Of a stretch of 64,000 nt of DNA, positions 38,949 through 50,600 are shown piece by piece. Each line of letters begins with the position of its first letter. Positions within the stretch are counted from its first letter, which is position 1. Source of the stretch: Heptranchias perlo (taxonomy: Eukaryota); assembly GCF_035084215.1 (NCBI RefSeq), contig NC_090344.1:43152001-43216000 (forward strand), in the 5' to 3' direction. A model generated the notes under the pieces. That model did no database searches. It was not told the origin of the DNA and was given only the letters and a program-made list of their open reading frames with translations. Both the position numbers and the translations under genes were made by a program.

Positions 38949-39109
38949 GTAAGGGCATCTGATCGGAATCACCTTATTAAGGAATATGGTCTGGGTCAGA
39001 CTAGGGCAGCCTATCACTGAAGTTAATGATTTTTTAAAAAAAAAATTGCAGTTGGTCTTGGACATTTCTCTTAAGTTAGCATGCTGCTTAAATGTTGCTT
39101 CAGGTTCCC

Positions 39110-39500
39110 CTAATGGCTTAGTTGGTAGTGGACAGTATGAAACTGAGCTGTAAAGACCTGAAGTTCAATTAGCAATCTCAACTGAGCAATTATTGCACCC
39201 AGGGTAATAGTGGGTATGTTACAATTAGCCTCAGTACTCTGAACTAGAGGGTGGAAAGGTACCTCGGATGCTTGCTTCTGATTGCAATCCACTGAGACTT
39301 GGTTGGGGTTTTGGAGGGGTGGGGGGGGGGCAATGGGTGTTCATTGTATGTTAGGTGAGGACAGGATTGAGCTCTGCTCTGAAGGCCTTCCCCACTTCAG
39401 TAGCCTGAAGGGACTCGCCTGGGCTCATGAAAAATAGTAAATTCTAGAGGTATTGGGGAGTGATTGTTGTGGGACAGAAGTTGTTCAGGAGAGGAGAAAC
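39110..39500 (+). mobile_element. Degraded AmnSINE2-like SINE
   Basis: tRNA-like head (atggcttagttggtag...gttcaatt), then ggtgaggacaggattgagct and ctgggctcatgaaaaatag motifs; a second partial copy lies at about 40030-40270. Confidence 0.5.
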
Positions 39501-40830
39501 TGGCAGAAATATTTAAGCGAGTAATTCCTTGTGTTTCTTTCTGGATAAATTGCTATCCATATTGCCTGTAAAACTGACCGATTGTATGCTGTTGCTCCGC
39601 ACATAAGAATGGGAAATGCCCACCATCTGTAACAAGCGATGGGAGGCAGCTATCCAATCCATTCTCGTCAGGCTTTAATTTGCACTGCTGGTTAAATGCC
39701 ACGGAGAAGTTAAATATGCTGCAATATCAATTTTGCTTGCTACAAAATGGTTACTTGGACTTCTGGAATAACTTGTTGAGTTACTAAACCATGGCGAGCA
39801 GTTCCATTGTGCTTGATTAGGATATTGCTGAAGTTGCATAACAATTTTTTTTAATACTGATTCAACCTTGGGTTAGTGAAAGCTGCACTGTATTGCACGT
39901 TGCAAGGTCAGTTCATCAATTTAAATTGTTCTTGTTTGTGACCTTGCACCATGCTTCACTCCTTGGAATGCAGTTCCTTCATCTGTTTTTATAATCCTAG
40001 TACACTGGTACTGAACTATAAAGATCAGAATCCATTCCTGAGATTTGGGATATCTTGGGTGGCAGAGAGGGCTGCTACAACAGAGCTCAGCCTCCAGACT
40101 AGGAAAGGAATAATGGGTTCAAGTTTCTTGTTTATGATTGCTATCCAGTCTCTTAATTTGGAAGGGGACAGTAATTAATTTGCCTGTGATGGGCCTGCCA
40201 ATATTTTGAGTCCAGGCTTGCATATGAAGAATGGTGACCTGGGTAAAATGAAGAGCTGCCATCACTCTGAGGAAACCGTATTATTTGGTTACCGGTATTC
40301 TTTAAATGACGAGACGGTTCAGTGCAGCTATTTTTAGCCTTCAGCTAGTAGTTTGAGGAAACTGGTGACCTAGGAAGCTCAAACTTGAAATACAGGTCAC
40401 CTAGATGTGATCGGACAGACATTCTGTTGGCTTTGATTGAAACAAAGCACTTGCCAGGTGCTGAGTTGAAATTTAAGTTTGCAGATATTAGCAGTCAGCA
40501 GCTAGCCTTTCAATTCGGGGAAGGGTGCTGTGATCACTGTCTGATTCAGAAGGGCATGGGTAGTAGAATCTGCACAGTGGATTTGAGACTCTGTTCTGTC
40601 TCCTTCTTAGTTTGGTGCCAATCACAGCATCAGGACCCAAGGGAAAATCAGCTAAGCTTTTTACTTCGTTGCTTCTTTAACTTTGCAGGCTTGCCACAAA
40701 GTGGGACTAGCGCATGTTGTACAGATGGTGCTCCTTTAGGCTGGTTTCTGAAAATATAGATTGGGGGTAGGGGTGGAATTAATGCCATTAAAGGGTTTTC
40801 TTTCTTGTTGAACTTAACATTGTTTTGCAG

Positions 40831-40927
40831 GCTGACCCTGTGCCAAATGGACTCCGAGCTCTGCCTGTCTTCTATGCCTGTACAATTGCGATCAATCTTT
40901 TCTCTATTATGTACACGGGAGCGCCTT
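40831..40927 (+). CDS. SLC20A1: PiT1 coding exon 4 (97 nt)
   Basis: tgcag|GCTGACCCT...GCGCCTT|gtaagt; [32 protein letters not shown]. Confidence 0.96.
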
Positions 40928-41304
40928 GTAAGTACTACCTTCTTGAATTGGAGCTTTTATTTTAAACCTTGTGTAGTTATCTTATCAAGTTCAGTTCATT
41001 CTTTTCTATCAAGGCTTTCTGTTGCATCGAAGGCATTTGGCTACAGAAATCTTCAAACTAGAGTAAATCACCTCTGTGCTTATTAATTTGTGCATTTCAG
41101 TAACTGTTTTTCCTTCTGAAGGCCTTAGTCCCTATAAAAAAAAAATTGTGGGTGGTCACTTTTTCTGTTGGCTGATTCGCTTTCAATTTTCAAAAAAGCT
41201 AGTTATACTCAGTCCCTGTTAAAGCAAGTGGCTTTAAACAGAGCGATGCCAACTGGTGAACTAAAATTATAAACTTGAACTGTGAACATTGTAGAAATTC
41301 ATTC

Positions 41305-41839
41305 AATGGGAATCTCTGGGGATGACAAAAATGAGTGAATTCTACATTTAGAACCGTACATAAAACTCAAAATACATGACTATCTAAGGAAGGCTGCCAT
41401 TTAAAAAGATAGCAGCATAACAAAAACAATGTCAATAACTATTTTAAGCCTGGGTCTGAGCAATATATATGAGGTGATGAATAATCAAGGCCTTCCTCTC
41501 TAAAGGAAGTCTTTACATTCTGTCCCCACATCAGATTTATATAGTTTTCCATCGCATGTCTTCTGGGTTCAAGACTATGGATAAAGACCTGATTTGGATA
41601 TTTGGCTTCCTAATAATGAAACAGTGGGAGAGGTGTACTCTGGCCTTATAATTCTTGGGCAATTTATGGAGAGCAAATTCCAGTGACTCCAAAGCTGGGT
41701 GGGAGTTATTGACATTGTTTTTGTTATGCTGCTATCTTTTTAAATGGCAGCCTTCCTTAGATAGTCATGTATTTTGAGTTTTATGTATTGTTCTAAATGT
41801 AGAGTTCACTCATTTTTGTCATCCCCAGAGATTCCCATT
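41305..41839. repeat. Near-perfect inverted repeat (136-bp arms 41305-41440 and 41704-41839, 263-bp spacer)
   Basis: The arms are reverse complements with 3 mismatches by my manual comparison. Confidence 0.95.
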
Positions 41840-42003
41840 AGTTTCCCCAAAAGTTTTCTTGTTTCCAGTTGGTACATTTTTACTTTTTGGTTGTGAGGGC
41901 GGTGGGGGGGGGGGGGAGGGGAAAGAAAGAGGGATAGAGATGCTCATATATTAGAGGGCACATTGTTCCTTGTGATTATAAAGTGGATGTTTTCTCTTCC
42001 TAG

Positions 42004-42123
42004 TACTAGGATTTGACCGGATTCCACTCTGGGGTACAGTGCTGATTTCATTGGCGAGCGGTCTGATCTGTGTATTCTTCGTCTGGTTCATCGTCTGTCC
42101 CAGAATGAAGAGAAAAATCGAAA
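42004..42123 (+). CDS. SLC20A1: PiT1 coding exon 5 (120 nt)
   Basis: cttcctag|TACTAGG...ATCGAAA|gtaagt; LGFDRIPLWGTVLISLASGLICVFFVWFIVCPRMKRKIE. Confidence 0.95.
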
Positions 42124-43405
42124 GTAAGTGAAATTTAGAGACTTCCCTGTTCGAAATGCCACGGTGAGATTTCAGGTGAGTGTGCAAGGATGCTGGAGGT
42201 GTGGGATAATATGAAGATCTGATCGGTGTATAAATTGTCACTTTTTCTGTTTAATAAATTTATTGAAATAGGGATGTCCTGGGATCCTTTACTTATCTAT
42301 TGCTAAATGTAAATAACTTTTTTTATGATTCACAATGTAAATTTGCTGTGGTTAAAGTGAAATCAGAAAAGAAGTGTCACCAGGCCACCGAAGGGAAGAA
42401 GGGAACTTTGCACTAGATTTGAATGTAGTCTCCCCCTCTCCTGTTTCTCCTCTTTCCCTCCCCTCCCCTCCCCACCCCACCCAAGAAGCTGGGAAAAGTA
42501 ACTATAAAGCTGGCCTTCGGTTTCTTCAGGCAACTGGAGATGCTAAGTCGTAATGCACCGAAGCTGTAAGAAGCAGCTCTCGTTAATAACATGTACTGCA
42601 GTTCCTTTCACTATTGTTTTATTGTCCTTGAGTTTCTGATGTGGTGCTCATTACTTTGGGGGGTGGATAATATCTATTTCGATTTGGACTTTGTTCATGC
42701 ACTATTGACTGAAAGTGGTTTCCTTGATTTGCCATAATTAATTGCACTTTTTTGTAGTTTAGCTGAAACTAACATGGTGAATGTTGATTGGGAGTAAAGT
42801 GAATCCAAGAGCAGATACTGCCTTCGAGTGACAGTACTTGGAAGTAATGTACATTTGGATTGAAGTAGCCTGCAGTACAGCTAGCTTATTGCAGGGAATG
42901 ATGGCAAGTAGTATGGTGTGAAGCCAAATTATAGTAATTTTGTATTGTCCTAATATGACCAGTCACTGTCTCCAACTGGACCAGTGGCATGACGCATGGG
43001 ATGTCTTGGTTGAGGAAGCTAGCACTATATGTATATTCCAATGACCATCTTAATGCTGCTTAAACTAGTCTGTCAAGACTGCAAACTGTGTTAATATGCA
43101 GAATGTTGTATGCTTCTCATCACCTTACCATTTCAGTGGGCTGCTTTCAGCAATATTGCTGCTGTACTGTTCTATACTGGTGAAATTTGTATGCTTCCTT
43201 GATTGAAGAAAGTACATATTCAGTAATGTTATAAAGTGGCTTTATGATCCATTGCCCAAGTCCTTAATTCAAAGAATGATTCCATTCAAGGGTTCAGTAA
43301 GGTCTGTTAAATGGGAAAATTGATACTTGATCTTGTGTACATTTCATGTTCTGTGATTTAAGGATGAAGATGACATTGACCTTTTTTGGCATATGTGCTT
43401 AACAG

Positions 43406-43693
43406 GAGAGATCAAAGTCTGTCATTTAGACAGCACAGCACTGGATAAGAAGAGTGATGATTACCACCCAGTACCCAAGGATGACCTGGAAGAGACCCAT
43501 TTGAAGATACCACTGACTGATGCAGCATCTGAAATCAAAACTCCTGTGACTGATGGGATTTCTGCTGTTCTGCCTGTCAAGCAGAATTTGGAGAAGCAGA
43601 GTGGAAGAATTGCTTTTATAGGGGATTCGGCAGAGGATGTAGGGAAAGACAGTGGAGAAATGAAAGAAACCAATATTGACCATGTGATGAATG
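43406..43693 (+). CDS. SLC20A1: PiT1 coding exon 6 (288 nt, large intracellular loop)
   Basis: aacag|GAGAGATC...AATG|gtaag; (R)EIKVCHLDS...NIDHVMN, phase 1/1 consistent. Confidence 0.9.
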
Positions 43694-44771
43694 GTAAGAT
43701 ATTAAATGTGTGGAAAATGTAGACTGTGAAGTTGGCCAGCTAGTATATCACTGTTGATGTACTAACTTCCTGAGTGAGTGACTGGTTCTTGCCCAGAGCT
43801 CCTGATTACTGGAAGTTAGGCACGTGAGCTGGCTTGCATCTGCTCACTTGGTAGCCAGTTAGCTTGGGCAGAGGTGACTAAATTCACCAAACTAAATTGT
43901 GGACTTTAACATCCAAGTAAGTTCCTTAGAAACCCCCGCAGGCCTATTTTAGGCCACCGGTCCCAAATGACATATAATCTTTAATAGCCACTTTAGAACA
44001 GTCAAAATGGATTCCTCTTTGCAGGGGGCATTTAGGGATTGAGAAACAGCTGCAGAAAGAAAGCTGTCTTCTCACCAAACAATATTCAAGTTGAAAACAC
44101 TTTGAGCCAGGCATAAATGGAATATATCAAACATTTGTGCGTTGAAATTGCCAACTGAGAAAGTGTATATTTGCTGTTCTCAACATCCTAATTGGTTATT
44201 TTCGTGCCTTTGTAACAAATGTGATCACATTTTATGTGACAAACTGACCTTTGAAGCAAGTACCAGTTCTTAAAGGTAGTGTTTTATCATTTGGAAGTTC
44301 AATTTGGTACAGGATTTGAAAGCTTATGCTTAGAAATTGTATTTCACTGAGGAGCAAGGTTGCTTATTTTCTTTCAGATAAGAATGTCTCAAATTCTAAG
44401 AATTTAAAGGGACTTGTTTGCTGATCTTTGATTCACCACTTGTAAACTGTATTGAACTATTCAGAATCTCGCCTATATCGCTTCTTTAATAACTCAATTG
44501 GCCAATTTAATAGTTTAGCTTATTAGTGAATGGTGTGGCTACTGTGCATCTTTGAACTGAGCAGGCAGTGAAATCCTATCCAGTAACTGGTTTACAGTAA
44601 ATTGAAGCATTTTGCCCAGCAGCATGCTTTATCCCATATGCTAAATTCTTGTGGTTAAGCTTCTGATCAGGGAATGTGGGCTCATCTGATGCAACAAACA
44701 AAATAGTATTAGTAAAGTAGAGGCAGCTTGCCAGATGCCTTTTAATGGTTTTCTGTTCATACATGATTTAG

Positions 44772-45336
44772 GGACTCTGCAATTTGGAAGCAACCATGTG
44801 CAGTTCAACCAGGTTATCAGTAACCAGACGAGTACCAATGGCTACAGTGGTCACTATCACACCGTACACAAGGATTCAGGATTGTACAAAGAACTTCTTC
44901 ACAAGTTGCACTTAGCCAAAATGATCGACTGTGCTGGAGACTCGAATGAACCAGACAGCAGGCCACTACGTCGAAACAACAGCTACACCTGTTACACCAT
45001 GGCAATCTGTGGCATGCCTCTTGATTCCTTCAAACCCAAAGAAGGGGAAGCAAAAGCTGAGGAAATGGAAAAACTGACAGCATCTGGCTTAGAATCGAAG
45101 AAACGTATCCGACAGGATAGTTATAGCAGCTACTGTAATGCTATGGCTGACTCCAACAAAACTCCTGAGGATGAAGGTGTGAAGCTTGAAATTGAATTGA
45201 GAGATCGCAAGTGCAGTGATGGGTCTGTGGAAGAGTGGCGTGAGCAGGAAAAACCTGAGGTTTCAACCCTGTTCCAGTTCTTGCAGATACTGACTGCCTG
45301 CTTTGGCTCCTTTGCTCATGGTGGCAATGATGTCAG
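44772..45336 (+). CDS. SLC20A1: PiT1 coding exon 7 (565 nt)
   Basis: tttag|GGACTCTG...GTCAG|gtgag; HYHTVHKDSGLYKELLHKLHLAK, RRNNSYTCYTMAICGMP and FGSFAHGGNDV (second PHO4 signature). Confidence 0.97.
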
Positions 45337-45559
45337 GTGAGAAGTTTTGTTTGGTTTCTGACAACAGAAATTAATATATGGTCTTCAGTTCTCAGAACAT
45401 TCAGTTTCAAATGGCTGCTTGATGTGGTAGGGAACTCCTTCATTATCTAAGGATTTTATAATTTTTTTTTCTGTCAGGAAAACACCCAACATTTATGATG
45501 TGAAAGCAAGGAAATGATGAAATTGTACACGTTAGTGGTTAGGCCAGATGACCTGTTGC

Positions 45560-46015
45560 TTGCTGTTTTTGGTGCCCTATTGTAGGAAGGATATTTGAGG
45601 CATGGACAGCGTACAACTAAGATTCATGAGAATGATATTTGGAATGAGAGGTTATAGTTTAGGGTTCAATGGTGGGGCTTTTTCTTACAAACAAGAGGTT
45701 CAGGGATACTGTGAAGTTTTTAAAGTTGAGGATTTGGGAAGACAAAAAGTAAAAGATTGTCAACTAGTTGGTGAATTTGTAATGAGGGAGTTTGGGCTCA
45801 TTTATGACCAGTGGAATGTAAGGGGAAGTTGGAAACATCTTGGGGCTATGAACATGGAATGTTTATCACCAAGTGGTTATTGAGGCAGAAAGTAACATGT
45901 TTACAAGGGAATTGGATTAGTATTTGAAAAGGATGAATATAAAGAAGTGGGATTGAAGTAGACATTTCCAGTTGTGGAACTAGTATTGGCTGGCCTACTG
46001 TACGATAAATTCTAT
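45560..46015 (+). mobile_element. Highly degraded CR1 3' fragment
   Basis: RFMRMIFGMRGYS resembles RFTRMIPGMRGLS; the end has CR1-like aagggaattggattagtatttg...attctatg. Confidence 0.55.
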
Positions 46016-46115
46016 GTGGGAAGACAAATGATGTATCATGGTAAAACTATATAATGCTTGGGCATTTCAACTTGCCTTTACTTCACAGCCCATTAAACTC
46101 TCATTTGTTTTTCAG

Positions 46116-46301
46116 CAATGCAATTGGTCCTTTGGTTGCTTTGTGGATGGTTTACTACACGGGAGATGTTAATTCGAATGCTGACACTCCAATCTGGCTT
46201 CTGTTGTACGGAGGTGTGGGAATATGTCTTGGTCTGTGGGTCTGGGGGCGGAGAGTTATTCAGACCATGGGCAAGGATCTGACACCAATCACTCCCTCAA
46301 G
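46116..46301 (+). CDS. SLC20A1: PiT1 coding exon 8 (186 nt)
   Basis: ttcag|CAATGCA...TCAAG|gtgag; [10 protein letters not shown]...[19 protein letters not shown]. Confidence 0.97.
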
Positions 46302-47144
46302 GTGAGCAATCAGTCTCTTTAACTGTTCGCTCGGATTTGAATGTGTTGAGTATACTGAAGTTGAGCTGATCCAAATTCATGTGTGGTATGGTTGATGGGC
46401 TCCCATAAATTGGCTGAAATTGTATCTGTGACCTTTTCATATGGTACTTCCTGGTTTGGAACTTAATCTGGCTGTTTCCTCATCCAAGAATTGTATAATT
46501 GGTCTCTGAGGGAGGTTTTTTTTGTTGAGTATGAACATTGAACATCTGGATATAATATGAAGTTTAATTGCTTAAAACTTTTTCTTGGTTAAGTTCAAGA
46601 TTAGCTGTCTTTTAAACTGTGCTTGAGATGAGCAATGGCATTGAGATGGCACTTTCCCATTTCAGGAATCCAGTATTGGCATTGAGCTCTCCCAGGTCAG
46701 GTATAGTTAAGTAAAGAGTAAAGTTCCTTCTGCTCTATTTCCAGAGGTAGGTCTCTAGTACAGCCTGAGAAGTATACTCCCTGCACCAGAGTGACTTCTT
46801 TTTACAATAGCTGTCTGTTTTGTGCTGTGGGCCCATGCCCCTAAAATGTGGGTTGAAGCTGGCTGTGGTCCTGGTGCAGGTTAATTCCTTTGGGTAACCC
46901 TGCAGCTACCATAACAAAAGGAATGAAGGCAGTAATATTTCAGACACTGATCCCTTATCATTGTCCTGTTTGCCACTGTGATCTTCTGCAGGATTAACTA
47001 ATATTCACGCATGAAGTGACTACATCTGGCAAACCAGAAACACCTGGCTGAGCATTATTGGATTCATTATCCAATATCAAAGCATTTGATGTAGTTGAAG
47101 AATTGCCAGTAGGATATTCTGTTCCAACATGAATGGACCAATGA

Positions 47145-47327
<183 letters not shown>

Positions 47328-47643
47328 TGAAGCAAAATGTATAATTTTTTTTTTTAAATGGTAGACAATGTTCTTGGACTTTTCTGAAGTGTGGAATTAG
47401 TGTTGAGAGGTTGCATGGGACGGTCCCAAGTTTCAATTATCACCACAGTAGATTTTAAGACATACGGTGTGGATTTAAGACCAGGTCATGACATTCTGCA
47501 CATAGGGCACCATATTCATGATAGAATTTATGTGATTAAACTTAAACTACCATTACCATGGTACATAAAATGCATCCTTAAGGAAATCTGTCAAACTGCA
47601 CGTTAACAAAAGCACTGATTAACACTACCACTTGCTTCTGCAG

Positions 47644-47799
47644 GTTGGCTCGGTTGTAGCCGTTGGCTGGATGCGTGCAAAAAAAGCTGTTGACTGGCGC
47701 CTCTTCCGAAACATCTTCATGGCGTGGTTCGTTACAGTCCCAATCTCTGGTCTTATTAGTGCTGCCATCATGGCTTTATTCAAGTATGCTATCTTGTAA
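47644..47799 (+). CDS. SLC20A1: PiT1 last coding exon
   Basis: tgcag|GTTGGC; [54 protein letters not shown]. Confidence 0.97.
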   Translation, partial: VGSVVAVGWMRAKKAVDWRLFRNIFMAWFVTVPISGLISAAIMALFKYAIL

Positions 47800-48408
47800 A
47801 TGTGCTGAGCAACTACCTGAGCACCACCTATCTTCAGAGCAGCATTGCTATGGATGTGACCCTGTGCTTCAGTAGAGCAGTTTATTCAGATTGTTTAATG
47901 TGAAAACTGTATTATGAAAGTCAAAGCTATCCCTTGAGTCTTTAACATCAGTATGTGTTTAAATGGAGTCCAACTTGGCTGAATGTGTGCTGTAGAAATT
48001 GTAAAATTTCATTTTTAACTTTTTTTTTTTGTTTTGAGCTTTGTGCTGCTTAAATACTTTCAATTTGAGAACCATTGTAAATTTTCTGTATAGTGTTTGA
48101 GTTTATTACTGCATGTTTTTAAATTAAGAAGGCGGTTTGCTGTTTAACACTGTGAATGATGAGCTGGATGAGCTTCTTTTTGACATTTAACACTTGAAAT
48201 AAGTATGCAGAAAGCACTAGGATTCTGATTGGGCCACATGGTGAGCCACTTACATGTCCACTTTGGTACCTCTACATTACCCAAAGAGTGGGCCAATCAA
48301 GTGCAAGATTCAAACATGCACAGTTATTTTACTAAGTCTTCCATTTCCATTTAAACCTAACAAATTAGAGAAAATTACTCCTTGTAATTAAAGTGAAGTT
48401 AAATGTTC

Positions 48409-48455
48409 ATTAAAGATTAGCACGCCTTGCACTATTGTTTTTTGTATTTTTTAAA
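48409..48455 (+). terminator. Candidate SLC20A1 polyadenylation signal
   Basis: ATTAAA at 48409-48414 is followed about 20 nt later by GU/U-rich tattgttttttgtatttttt; an alternative AATAAA lies at 48775-48780. Confidence 0.45.
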
Positions 48456-48544
48456 ACATTTATGAAAGCAAAAAGTGGAGGTAGTATCCTGAGCAGAAAA
48501 TGTAAGGAAGGTATATTGTATTTACCATAAGTTCATGGAAGGGT

Positions 48545-48725
48545 GGGGAGGAAATAACACTTCTGGACAAAGATGCATTTAAAGGGAAGCTAGATAAGCA
48601 TATGAGGGAGAAAGGAAAAGAAGGTGATCTTATTGGGGTTAGATGAAGTAGGTAGGGAGGAGGCTCGTGTGGAGCACAAACACTGCCATAGATTAGTTGG
48701 GTTGAATGGCCTGTTGTGCTGCACT
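48545..48725 (+). mobile_element. CR1-type 3'UTR fragment
   Basis: gcatttaaagggaagctagataagcatatgagggag...gaatggcctgttgtgctg. Confidence 0.6.
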
Positions 48726-49764
48726 TTTTCAAATTTGTTGTGGATTAGTTAATTTGCATTTCCCAATTTACTGAAATAAATCTTGATTTTGGATCTATCT
48801 GCCAATGAGATGATAACACTTCAGGCTCAAAATTGAGTTGACTGGGCTTTGACAGCCAGATTTACATGGCCTGGCGGTGATAAGTTGGACATCCCTGCCA
48901 TCAGGCATATACAATATAAATAGACGACAGCATAAAAGATGATGGAAAATAAAACTCGCACACCACAACCAGGTCAAAAGGACACTTTCAATATGGTTGA
49001 AGTTTTCTAAAATGAGGAAACTCTGCCTCCTTTTAAGCGAATGGGAAGCATGGTAGAGTTTAGTGTCTACACTTCAGGTGCTGTTGTACTACCTCTCTTC
49101 CTGAATAGGTGTTAAGATATTCCAAGTCTTTGCAGATCAACCTGAGAGATCACTGTAGGACTGGATTTAACTAACTTTTCTGTTTGGTGGAGAAGTAACA
49201 TCATGGAGCTGCAATACACTGCACAACCAACTTGCTTATATGTTTCTTCATGTTTTGGTTCCATACATATCAAAATAATTGAGTGCAGGAACAAGTTTGA
49301 CATTCTGATCTCAGCAATGAAGCATGATGTAGTTTCCTCTTGTACCCTAGGAATGTGAGCAGCAAATCGAAATATTTTGATAGGTTGTCCACAAGGAGCT
49401 CATTCAGATTAATTTGGGGGTTGGGTGGGGGGATACCTGGAGCTGAAAGGCATCTATAATCTCATTCTGTAATCTTGTTAAACGTATCTCTTAATTGTAT
49501 TTAAGTGTGAGTTTTTTTTTCTCTCTCTGCCCATCCTCAATTTGTCTGACTTATTTCTACTTTGTCTAATTGTTGATTCATATTTTTAAACTGACTTGCA
49601 TGGTGTTGAAGTGGCCAATGCTGGATTCCTATCTGGCTGTTAACTCAGTACCTCACACAAGGAGAGGGACTAATCACAACTCTGCCCTATTTTTTCCTTC
49701 GGTTTTTGAGGGTAAATTTCAATGTTGCTGACATTGAAATATAATGATAGGCACTTTTTAAAAA

Positions 49765-50600
49765 TATTATTCATTCATGGGATGTGGGCATCGCATGGCA
49801 AGGCCAGTATTTATTACCCATCCCGAATTGCCCTTGAGGTGGTGGTGCAGTCAGTGTGCTGAATGTTTTCCCACGGTGATGTTAGGGAGTTCCAGGATTT
49901 TGACCCAGCAATGATGAAGGAATGGCGATATATTTCCAAGTCGGGATGGTGTGTGACCTGGAGGGGAACGTGCAGCTGGTGGTGTTCCCATGTCCCTGCT
50001 GCCCTTGTCCTAGGTGGTAGAGCTCACTGATTTGGGAGGGGCTATCGAAGAAGCCTTGGCAAGTTAATGCAGTGCATCCTGTAGATGGTGCACACTGCAG
50101 CCATGATGCACTGGTGGTGAAGGGAGTGAATGTTTAGGGTGGTGAATGGGTTGCCAATCAAGCGGGCTGCTTTGTCCTGGATGGTGTTGAGCGTCTTGAG
50201 TTGTTGGAGCTGCATTCATCCAGGCAACTGGAGAGTATTCCATCACGCTCCTGACTTGTGCCTTGTCGATGGTGGAAAGGATTTGGAGAGTCGGGAGGTG
50301 AGTCACTCACCGCAGTATACCCAGCCTCTGACCTGCTCTTGTATTTATGTGGCTGGTTCAGTTAAGTTTCTCGTCAATAGTGACCCCCAGAATGTTGATG
50401 GTGGGGGATTCGGCGATGGTAATGCCGTTGAATGGCATAGGGAGATGGTTAGACTCAATTTTGTTGGAGATGGTCACTGCCTGGCACTTGTCTGGTGCGA
50501 ATGTTACTTGCAACTTATCAGCCGAAGCCTGGACGTTGTCCAGGTCTTGCGTGCGGGCAAGGACTGCTTCATTATCTGAGCGGTTGCGAATGGAACTGAT
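49765..50600 (-). mobile_element. LINE 3' fragment (CR1/L2 superfamily, gcccacatcc tail)
   Basis: Minus ORF piece STIDKAQVRSVMEYSPVAWMNAAPTT is a LINE ORF2 C-terminal motif; tail ggcc...gatgcccacatcccatgaatgaat. Confidence 0.85.
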
